From NCBI RefSeq assembly GCF_009834535.1, contig NC_045708.1, positions 37,572,001 through 37,636,000 of the forward strand: 64,000 nucleotides of DNA, read 5' to 3'. This DNA comes from Camelus ferus (Eukaryota). The position numbers were made by a program, and so were the translations under genes. Under the pieces are notes generated by a model. That model was not told where the DNA came from and did no database searches. It worked only from the letters and a program-made list of their open reading frames with translations. Positions 13,720 through 25,100 of this stretch are shown one piece after another; position 1 is the stretch's first letter; every line of letters begins with the position of its first letter.

Positions 13720-14064
13720 AAATGAAGCATCGGTCTTGAACTCTTTGTACAGATTTGATATAAAAAGGACAATTTCATGCTGATCTTGTCCTGGTTACAT
13801 CACAGCGACTTCACATAGAAGTCACACTTAGAATTTTGTTTGTTTTTAGATTATTGATGTGAATCAAAGACCCAAAGGATTATCTCTCTTCTATAGAAGG
13901 AAGGGCACCTCAGTATAAATGAGTCGCCCTCCCTTGGAGAGCAGAGCTGGGTTCAGGATTGCTCAAGAGCTGCCAGAGGGGATGACAGACATTGAATTGG
14001 GCCTTTCTGTGAAAGCTGACAGAATATACCCAAGATACTTTTAGTTATAATATATACTAGAGAT

Positions 14065-15140
14065 ATTTTTTAAAACATTTTATGAGAAATAATTTAAACT
14101 TCCGGAAAAGTTGCAAGTTTAAAAAAAGAATAGTGTACACTTACCCAGATTCACCTATTGTTCACATATTGAAATTCTGCCTCATTTGCTTTATCAGTGT
14201 TCCTCTCTCCATAAAAAATTGAGGCATTTGAGAGTAAGCTGCTTAGATCATAGCCCTGTACCCCTACTTTAATGCTTATTTCCTAACATAACCGCAGGAC
14301 AGTTCTCAGCTTCAGTCAGTTGAACGTTGATTTAACACTCTAACCTGGCACCTCCGCCCCCCCCCCCCCCCCCAGGGAAGCTTCCAGCCTGGGATCTGAC
14401 GTGGCAAGCAGCTATCACGACTCAACTTTTATCTTTTATATCATTGACATTTTGGGTGAGTATAAGCACCCCTCCAGGCCATTTTTTAATAGAAAATGCC
14501 TCATTTTGAATTTGGTTGGTATCTCCTCATAATTAGAATTAGTTTATGCACTCCTTCCTGGCCAGATGCCTACCTATGTTGTGTCCCCTTTAGGACATCA
14601 TATCAGGGGTCACTTAATATCCTGCCCCTCACTGATGGTAAATTTTGATTGCCTGATCGAGGTATTGTCCAGTTTCTCTACTGCATTTTTTTCCCCTTGG
14701 AGCAAGTAACCAGAATGTGTATAGACACTTTCAGATCATGCAAATATCGCTCATTAAAATTTCCCCGTAGGCTTAGCATCCACTGATGTTTCCTGTCTGA
14801 ACTGATCTTGTACTGTGATGGCTACCAGTGACTCTTCAATTGAAGTTGCACTTAATCATCTATAAGCAAAAGCCTTTCCCTCTTCCTTATTTTTTTATTC
14901 ACGTAATTTTCATTATGGACTTGAGATTACTTTTTGAATGGCTGTAATCCATTGGTGCTCAGATGGTCTCAGCTTTGGCTGGAGAGAACACCTTCAGGCT
15001 AGCTCTTACGTCCTTGTGACATACTCCTAATGTTTTTTTGAACACTTCCTTTTCTGGCCTAACAAGATACCTACGACCATTTTGTGCTTACCCTGTCGCA
15101 ACCTTGGAATCAGCCAGTTTCTTTTAGTGGAAAAGGTAAC
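14065..15140 (-). mobile_element. Ancient L1 (L1MC-like) 3' remnant
   Basis: aaataatttaaactt..gaaaagttgcaag, acccagattcacctattgtt, catttgagagtaag, aaccttggaatcagcca are characteristic of L1MC-type antisense remnants. Confidence 0.7.
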
Positions 15141-16029
15141 AGAAGCTAAGATTTGGTTTACCTATGATATATGTGATATACTCTCATCGTGAAATTTTCA
15201 TTTCTCCATGAAAAATTTATTTTGGTCACAAAGTGGATTTCATGACCCAGTTTGAAAAACACTGCTGTTGCACAGCTCACTTCCTTGTCACTTGCATCTT
15301 CTAAAAGCCCAGGTCATGCACTAGGTTGGTCCCTCTGCAGTGAGAGCACAGCTTCAAGAATCCTCTGGAAGCTAGTGCAGGCCTGAGACAGCGAGAGGCT
15401 GCTCCCCAGTGGCTGGAGCTGGGCCTAGCAGCTGGCAGTTACAGGCTTGGGCCTATGTTCAGGGCAGCAGCTGTTTCTGAGGCCCAAAGCCTGGCCTTTG
15501 AGGTGTGTCTAGCTAGGTTCCTCCCTCTTCCATGGTGGGGGGACCCACTTTCTATACCTGCCTCACTAGAGGCTTCACTGATGGTGGCTGCAGAGAACTG
15601 GAATTGTGACCTTGCCCAGACTTCGGAGGTACTCGGAGTTTCTAAGGCAAGACAGAGTAGATGCCTGCAGATCACCAGCTGGTAAGCAACCGAGTCCTGG
15701 CACTGCCACCCCCAAACCTGACAGGCACAGGGCATGCTTGTTAACAGGGATAGTAGCTATCTGGTGTAGCACAGAGCTTTGTCTGAATACACACTGGAAG
15801 TCTGAGGCTCCTGTAGGAGTTGGTTCTGTTTTCCTGTAGAAGTTATCTTTCTTCCTGCTCAGCTAAATAGATCTTGCAGATTGTACGTATTTCTTCTGGA
15901 TCAGTGGAAGCTTTTTAGTTCTCCTCCTAAGGACAAACTCTGGCCCTGCATTTTGTCAGGGCCGTTCTTAGTTGCATAAAATGTCCTCTATGTTTAGTAA
16001 AATCAGCTTGTGGAACTGGGCATAAAATA

Positions 16030-18870
16030 GCCAAAGCTAGTTTATTATTTTCTCTAGTTTTTTATCTTTGTTTCTATACACTGTATGTTGTATAGAACTG
16101 AAACATCACATTTCTAAATAAGGCAAATTCTTCTATAATGTAAACTTAGGTATATAGAAATCCTTATAAGTTAAAGAGGAACAAAATTGCTCTTCTGCTA
16201 ACATTAAACTCTTAAATTACTAAATTCTTACTAAATGCTAGGCAATGTAGTTCCTCCATTTCTTTTTGTCAGTACTTCCTGAGCACGTATTGGGACTCTA
16301 GAGCTACAGAAATATGGGGCTTTGCCCTGTGTAAGTTCCCATCTAGTGTCTTCCCTCATTCACAGTGGTTCCTGAATGCAGGTAAGTCCAAACTTTCTAA
16401 CTGAATTTACTTCTATCATAGCTAGTCATCTGGGGAATAATTTGTGCATTTGAGACAACAATCAAGCAATCTGCTGAACGTTGTGTCTCTAGAGTAAGTT
16501 TGTAATAGTGGTTCCCATCTTAATAATAATGCTAAAATAATGTTAATACAGTAATGGGATTTGGGGGATTGTAATATAGCCAGAAGGGATAAGGAGCAGA
16601 ATAGGAATGAAATGCCCACTTAAGAGTTTGGGAAGCTGAGGCCCAGAGAAGGGAAGAATCTACCTGTGATGGAAGTGGAACAGGTACGAGCTTCCTGGCT
16701 CTACCCTCCCTACCAGTCTCAACCCCACAGTTTCATCCTAAAAGCAGTTGCCTTTACTTAAGGGGGAAGAGCTACTTACAGATATTTGGAAAACAAGCCC
16801 TCAAAAATCGGGAAGTGACAATGCAGATTCCAGGTAGTGCAATAAGAAAGGCAAGAATAAAACACAAGATAGTCTGCCCTTTAATTATGAGCAAGAGTTC
16901 CTGATTCTAAATAAACTTCTTCCATATTGTATTCAGTTCACTAATTCAAAAGGAAGTGTGCGAGAAAATTTTAAATTTAAAAATGGTTTGGGTTGTGGTT
17001 GGTTCCCAACTGCCCGCAAGTCACTCTCTCCAATGTTCAGTTGCTGCATTTGGATGAATTTTAGGCCAAGATGAGGCTGGGCAGGCTCTACCCACTACCA
17101 ATGACCCTGCATGCCTTGGCTGTAACAAAGGCATTTTGAAGAACCTCAGTCTGTAAGTCCAGTGGGCGGCTTTGTCTTGCCTCCTTCAGCCTAGAGGTTC
17201 TGTTCTCCATAAAGCAAAGGGCAGTGAAGCAGATTAAAACCGGACAGGTTACAAAGGGAAATCTATGAGCCACAGAAAACTCTGTATCAGATGTCTGGCA
17301 GAAGCCTGAGTTTAGAAATTCCTGGGGTTCGTCAGAACCTTCAAAGATAGCCACAGCTGTCCTAGCCCTTAGTAAGCACTGGGGGAGGACTAGGTTGGGT
17401 CAGGAGCCCTCTTCACCACCTTCTTTGCTCTAGGCCACCTTATAAAGGCTAACAACCCTCCTTCTTATCCTAGATGACTGCTTGTGTGACACAGATGTGA
17501 CCACATTTAAGTGTTAAGTCTCATATCTGTCGAATTTCTAGTAGTTCACTCTGAGAGGTAAGTAAAACTGGCTAGAACACTCTCAGAAAAGCTAGCTGTC
17601 TGTTGTTCCTGCTCTGTTACCCACCAGAAGCTGTGCCTTTAAGGGCAGGGAAGCATGGTCCAGCCTCATCCCAGAAAAAGACACACACAAAGATCAATCT
17701 CTGAGCCGTGCTTATGCTGTACTATAGTGATCCAGTAAGTTGAATATATCTGCTTTAGTTAGAGCCTTTAAAAAATCTTGAGGAAGACTTTGTTGAACTT
17801 AATGCTTAAAAAAGGGGGGGAAAGACAGGGTATTAAAGTTTATTTCTAAGAAATGTAGAATATTGCAGTTTTGAACATTAAATCTATTGCAAATATAAAT
17901 CCATCATCTCCACCCATTCAGGAAAACAAAGCCAAAGGAGAATTTCTTGGGAAAGAACTAAGATTTCCTTAGGTGATCAGCTGAAGAGGCAAGGCTTCTC
18001 CTGCCCGCTCTCAAAGGGGAAGCATTAACAGCAATTTCTGTCAATTAAAAAGTTACTGCTACTCTAGCTTTTAAAAAATGACAGGGAGGAGCAGGGCTTT
18101 TGTTTAGGACTTTGATGGTTACCTTGTGCAGAGTGTAAAGCCCCTAGAAATGAATTAGACCTAGTTTCTTAATTAACTACATAAATATATTATTTTTCCT
18201 TCTTCCTCCAGTTACCATAAGTCTTTCAGTCTTAGGTGCATGGACCAAACCCAAGATAGAGCCTCGCCCTTACTTCCCACCGCACAGTCCTGAACAAACT
18301 TCCACTGAGAGCTTTGGGAAGCAGGGAGGCTAGTGCAACAGCTGTCAGGAACCAAGGCACAGGCAAGGCTGGGGGGAAACTGAGTTGTGTGGGATAGGTC
18401 GCCACTGACCAACTGGAGTCACAGAACCCTGCCCTGACCCTAACCCAGGGGGAGGTGGGGGTCCAGATCACACTCGAGTTTTCCCATCCCTTAGTTTCAT
18501 CTTTTAAAGGCACATCTAGAAATCGTGCAACTGGGGGGCCTGGAGTAAGTAGCAAACAGTTACTCCAGGGGTTAAGGGGTTATAGGACTCCATGGCACAG
18601 AGCAGTGAGGCTGTCACTGCCTTCACCTGGTCGGGAGGGGGACTCCTGGAATCCAGCCTGCTTTGGTGGAGGCCTGGAGAAGGGCCAGCAACGGGGAAAG
18701 ATGAGGGCTGTTGTCTGTAATGCAAGGACTTAACAGGTCTTTGGTGCTTGTGTAGCAGCATCTCCTTTATGTACAGAGGCTTCTGTGGCCAGTAAAGCTG
18801 GGAAAAAATGCTGGAGAGGAGTTGCTGGCCTGACCCCTCTCTCAACTTTGACCCTCTTTTGCACAGGGCA
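16030..18870 (-). other. CC2D1B: Probable terminal 3'-UTR exon of CC2D1B (both boundaries approximate)
   Basis: A donor TGAG|gtgggc one base after the stop implies a downstream UTR exon. Minus-strand AATAAA candidates lie at 17839-17844 and 16041-16046. The acceptor could not be fixed. Confidence 0.45.
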
Positions 18871-19148
18871 CAAAGCATAGGAAATTAAGTCTAAATTGCA
18901 GTGAATGTACACATAGATTTCAGAAAGGATTTCCTGAAGACGGGTTAACGCCCCTCCCTAGTTGTGAAGATTGTGAGACACTCCGCCCGAGGCGCACCTG
19001 ACAGCTCTGCCCCTTGATCTTCCTCACAGAAGAGAAATTTCTAGGCTTTTTCCTTAGATATGAGTTGGATGCTGTAAGGGTCCATGTGGGGCCCAGGCAG
19101 TGAGCAGGGCGTAGAGGGTGGGTCTAAGGGCCCAGGGAGCTGCCCACC

Positions 19149-22100
19149 TCACAGGCCCCTGGGCTCCAGGACCAGCCAGTTCTCGGTGACCATCTGTACG
19201 TCCTGGCCACTCAGAGGCTCCCGCAGCCTCACCTTCACCTCCAGCTTGCCGCCAGTGGGCTTCCTTCCGTCCAGGACCTGTGAGGATGGCGGAAAGGGAG
19301 ATGGTAACTGAGGGGGCGGGGGCTGGGAGCAGACAACTCCCTATGCTTACAGGTAAAGAGAGAGGAGCTAGAGTTTCCTGCATGTCAACCCAAGAGTCTC
19401 CATTTCAGGACAACCCCGCCATCCTGCTGGTTGGTGGTGGTGGTGGTGGTTTTCGGTAAGTCTTATAAAAAAGTAGTATGTAAATCCAAATAGCCAGCAG
19501 TGCTCTGAAGTGGAGCTGAGAAACGTAGAGCTCTGCTCACTCGGTTTTCCCCACAGTCCTCATGGCAGGTCCTACAAGAAACGCTCTAGCTTCAAGGTGC
19601 AGCCTGAAAACCACTGAGCCCAAACCCTCCCTTCACAGATGGCCCAGAGAGGAGGGAATGATCAAGTCACACAGCCACTGTGCAGCAAGGCCAGGGCTAG
19701 AACCCAGGCCAAAGGTTCCTTTACACCAACCATGCTGCTTCCCTCCTGTGCAGAGTGCAGAGCAGTGCTACAGGCTCGAGAGGTCTGACCAGCCTCGCTG
19801 GGGGCAATACAAACCCTACTTAGGAACGACTCCCCCGAACAGGCAGAGGCCAGGTAGTGGGTAGAGCCCCAACCTATGAAGACATCAGCTCTGCCAGGGA
19901 TGCTCTGGAGGAGCTTATGGAACACCTCCTCTCTGGACCTCAGCTGCCTCGTCGTCAGGCAAGCACTTAAGAGTCCTTACCTGTAAAATGCAGTGAGTTC
20001 ACAGAAACTTAAAGGACTGTCTGGGGCTGATTCCTAACACAGACTAGCTATGTTCTGGTGGGTCCCCATCTGGAAATACCTTAACAACTTCATGTCCAGA
20101 GCTTGTTCTACCTCATCATGTTGGCAACTGATGCAAATATAGTCCACCCCCAGAAATGTGTGTGTGCCAAGTTGACAGCAGTGATCAGACCCCTCAAGGG
20201 CCCTTAATCTACTATAACTGAGAACCTGAGTAGCCTGGAGTGCTATGGAAAGTATATAGCTACTTCCTATCTGGGTGACACTGTGACATTTCCTCAGACC
20301 CTCTGAATCTCTTCATTCGGGAAATGGAAATAGCAAGAACTATTTATAGCACACTTACGGATATTTTTAAATTTATGGGCATGAAAACCCTACAACAGGG
20401 AATGATATTCAGTGAATACTGGCCAAATCTCCAGTTTGCCCATCCTACCTCCACGATCTCTCTGATCTCACACTCATTCTCCAGCCGCTCCAGTTTCAGG
20501 TGGGCTGTGCCGACCAGCTTGTCACTTCTGAAGAAGGATCTGGAGAGCCAAGAGTGAGCAGAGGATTGGACAGGGCAAGACAGGCAGAAATGAGCTGGCT
20601 AAACCCGGTGCAAGGAAACCGAACACTAGCAGGGGCAGTAGCAGGGGTGGCAGCAATAAGAAGCCCATCCTTCTTCCCTGCCCAGCTTGGCACTGTGACT
20701 GACTCACCCTTTGTGGAAGATTTCAAACTTGATTCCTTTGCTTTGAATCACCCTCCTGAATCCCCGGTGGTTTCGGTTGATGTTTAGCTTGAAGAGTTGA
20801 TCAAATTCTGCAACAGGGGGAGAAGACAGAGGGACTTGGCTTCCAGGGATTTCCTGAGAAAAGTGAACAGGCCCAGGGCTGGCCTCCCCTCTCAATCTTT
20901 CTCCCTGCAATTCAGAGTGCCTGCCACTAAAGGGAGGTAGAGCATCCAGGTCCTGGCCTTGAAATTCACCTGGACAGTTAAAACACAAATTATACCAAAA
21001 TGGAAAAGGCTTGGAATTTGGAGTCAGGATTCCTGGATTTGAGTCCCATTTCCACCACCTCCTTGCTTTGAGTCCCTAGGCAAGTCCTTTTACCTCTCTG
21101 AATTTAGTTTCCCCAACTGCGTTAAAGGAGTGGTAATAATACCTGCCTTTATCTCCCACGCTGAGCAAACCAAGTAAGATAATAGATCTGAAAGCACTCT
21201 GGAAACACGAGTGCTGCACACATGTATCAGAGGGTGGGAGGGAAGAGAAAGCAGCCCTCATGTGGGTCCTCACCTGGAGAGTTTGTGTTTTTCACTACAG
21301 TTGTTTTGTTTTTTTGAGCCTGGTCCTAAAGCAGTGAGAAGGGAGAAGTCAGGGCAGCTTGAAAAAACAGATATAGGGCCAGGAACTCTGGGCTACGCCA
21401 GTGTTGAGGGAATGGGCCCAAGGGTCTTCAAACCCCTCCCTATAGCCAGACTCCCAGGGAAAAATTGAGCATAGGGCCCTGGAATGGAAGATGGGGTTCA
21501 CAGGATCCTACTGCTACCGAAACCTCACCGAATTAGGGTAGTGGAACTCAAACCGCACAAATGCATCCAAGTCATCAGGAGTCACCCCTATAAAGAAGGG
21601 AGAGCAAAAGTCAGAGGAAGTAGCCGGACCCAGCACTTGATATAGAGGAAGAGCCAGTGCCTCCCTACCGGCCAGGGGTGGGAGTATCTGGACAAGAGCC
21701 TCCGAGAGTAGGGGTGGCTACCTGGAGGTGCTGGGAGGTTCATGCCCTGGACAATGATCAGATGCATTTCTGTGCTGTTGAGTTCTGCGAAGATCCTGTA
21801 GCCAGGAAGCAAGGAAAACGAACCCGAAGTGAAGTGAAGGAGAGCAATGAGAAGGGGTCCCCTATTCCAGTGCCTGCCTGCCTGCCCAGTTGGGTGGTGG
21901 CCGGGAGGAGAGCGGGTACAGGGAGTTAAAGCTTGTCTGAGTAAAAGTAGCAGGGCTGGCGTGCAGACCTTGGTCTGGACCCTCTAGTCCAGAGCTCCCT
22001 CCCCAACCACCAGAGCTCTGAGCTCCTCACAGGCAGGCACCATGTCCTGCTCCTCCCCAGGCCCAGGCCTATGTCAGGGCCAAGCCTGGGAAGCCACAGT

Positions 22101-25100
22101 CAAGGGGCTAAGTCTCCATCCCTGGCTCCCAAACTCTTGCCCTGCCCCTGTATGGAGCCACAGTCTTCCTTAGGCTTTGGCACCTCACAGTTTGGAATGT
22201 CTTCAACTCAAAGTGGTGGTTGGGAGGGTCGAGGCCCTGAGCCTGAGCCAGCTGCAGGATCTCAAGCTGCTTCTTGCGGTCCTGAGCAAGCTTCTCAAAC
22301 CTGACAGGGACAGGTGTGCTCGTCAGCATGGAAGGGGCTCATATTCTGCTCCCCCTCAACAAGCTCCAGCCCCATCCCTGCACTTACCGGGTGGTCTCGG
22401 CCACATTGCCCTGGTGCATGAACTGCTTGGAGAACAGCAGACACTTCTGAAAATAGGGGCTCAGGGTGACTCCAGAGCTCAGAGCAGTTTGTGTCTAGAT
22501 TGGCCTTTGAGGCCTGACTTCTGAAAGCTCCAACCTTCAGTAGCCTCACCCTTCTCCCCCAACACACACCTGCAAGGTTACTGTTCCCAAGTCCCATTAC
22601 ACTTTTCTAAGTTTCTGCTGTTTCCTCTCCTGAGGATGGCCATCCCCCTAGATTCCTTTAGCAAACTCCTATTCTTCCTTTAAAACCTAACAGAAACGTC
22701 ACTTCAGAAAGCAGAATGGCAGGCAGCAATTCAGATAAATACACAAATATATATACATGTATATATTTTTATATATGCATATGTATCTGTCTCCCCAAAC
22801 ACTTCTTCCTCCCATCTTCAAAGTAATTCCCCCTCCACTCTGTTGTGTGAACTTCATAACCACCCTGCAAGGAGGGTATTAATCATCTCATTTTACAGAT
22901 GAGGAAAATGTGGTTGAGAGGGGGAATGCCTTACCCCAGGTCATACAGCCAGTGAGTGGAAGAGCTAGAATTTGAACCCCATCTGGTTTCTGAGCCCCTT
23001 CCCTTTCTCCAAAGGGAGGCTGTGGGCCTACTGACCTCATGCTGCTCCAGAAGCATTTTTTGCAGCTGGGCATATACCTCCTCAGCCTTCTGGGAGAGTC
23101 GCAGGTCCTCATGGTGGATCAGGATGAAGTCACCCTCTTCATCCGTTAAAGGTGAAGGTACCTGCTCAGGTCACAAGGCCCCTCAGGGGCCTCAAGAGTC
23201 AGATTATTCCTCTATTGAGTCTAACACATACAGAATCTAAACTAAATGTTTCTCCAGCTTCTAACCTCCAGTGATGGGAACTCACTGCCTGCAATCCTAC
23301 CCCAGCCGCTGCAATGAATGCTCTGCTTTCCACTGGCCTTGCCCTGCCTGGCCAGCTCTGACCACAGGCAGTCCACCTAGCCCTCCTTGGCCTCTCTCGG
23401 GGCCATGGGGCAGAGATAAGCAAAAGCAGAAGGTTCTTCCTCAGCTGTCACCACATCCTACCTAAGTACTCCCTCCTCCAAGCAGCTACCTTGTTCACAG
23501 CCCTGCCCATCAAGCCTGATACCCACCTCTCTGCCTGAGAAGTCCTGCGGCTTAACCAGGTAACACTCACCTTGGAGAGGTCCACAGGTCGCCCAGCTCG
23601 GACCTGGATGATCTGGGCCTCAAGGCATTTGGCCACCCGCAGATGGGCTTTGGCCTGCTCCAGGTCCTGGGAGCGCTTGGCCTTCAGGGCTGCCCGCTGG
23701 TACTGCAGTTTACGTGCCTCTAACAGCGTCAGCTGCTCCCGTACTGAAAGGAGGGGACACTGGTTAGACCCATGCCTACCCCTCAGTACAGCCTTCACTC
23801 CTCCATCCCTCTTCTCCCCAACTCACCAGATGGACTCAGTGACTCCTTGGAACTTGAGGGCTTGGGCTCAGATGGGGGCCGGGATGAAGGCACCACAGGC
23901 TGTGCTGGCTTCTTGGCCACTGGGGCCTGGGCTGGGGGCTCATCCTACAGGTACCCAGGAGGCTGTCACAGGGGATCTGTTCCTCACCCTGGCCATGAGC
24001 TCCCAGACTAGGGGTCTCTCCCTAACGCTGCACTCTCGGTACGATCTGAGATGAATGCCTTCCTCGCATGGGCCCCAGAAAATCTCAGAGCTAGAAGAAG
24101 CCTCAAAAGCTCTCTGAACTAACCTCCCTGACAGGAGACAGCAGAGCAATGGGGATGGAACCTGGGCTCCAGAGTCAGAAAGACCTTGGTTTGAATCCCA
24201 CTCTGCTAACTCCTAGCTGGGCACTCTTGCCCAAGTTTTTTCTCTATAAAATAAAGGAAAGAATACCTACCTCACTGGGCTTGTTAATATGGGACACCAG
24301 AGCCTGGGTTTGCCCTTCATCTGCTGTTTCCTCCCATCAACCCCTGGAGTCTCGGGCCCTCAGGCAAATCTCGGGCCCTCAGGCAAACCTCTTCCTGGTC
24401 CTCCTCTTCCTCTGCTGGGGTTGCATCCTCCGAGGCCAGTTTCTGGGCAGCTGCTAAAGTAGCTGCCACTACATCTTCCTCTGTATCCATGGTATGCTCC
24501 AGGCCCGGTATGGGGGGGAATCCTGGAGAAGGGAGACAGCCAGGAGAGGGGCAGTGTAGCCTTGGGGAGGCACCAATTTGCCATGGGTCCTGTCGGGATC
24601 TTTCTGGGTATGACTGGGATGGATGGCTTCCACAGAGTGGAGGCAGATATGTGAGAAATCATTCCCTCCACCCCAATCCTGCTCAGAGATCTCCTCATAA
24701 GCCCCTAGGCCAAACCCCATTCACCTGGAGGAACAGGCAACTCAGCAAAGTCAACTTTCCGTCCTGCTTGGTGTGCTCGAATGGCATCTTGATATTGCTG
24801 CAAAAGAAGGCAAGGAGGGAAGTATGGTGGGCAGCAGTCTGCAGGCTCCACTCAGGGAGACAGGGAGAGGAAGAATGAAAAAGGAGGAAAAAGAGCCCCT
24901 GAGGCAGCAGGAGCTCAAGAGAGAGAGACAGACAGATAGAGACTCAAAGACCAGGGCACAGACAGACAGAAGCCAGCCAAGAACAGAGGCCAACACAGAG
25001 GAGGGGGCTGTGCAGCGGTAGGCTCACCTTGGCAATGCGCTCATGCATCCGGGCCTTGCGCTCATCCCCACTGCCCCGGGCCTGGATGCCTGCCTCCCGG

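Noticed and set aside
14357-14373. C17 homopolymer (G17 on the minus strand)
   Set aside because: Inside a decayed L1 remnant; homopolymer length is unreliable in a gapped assembly and there is no functional context.
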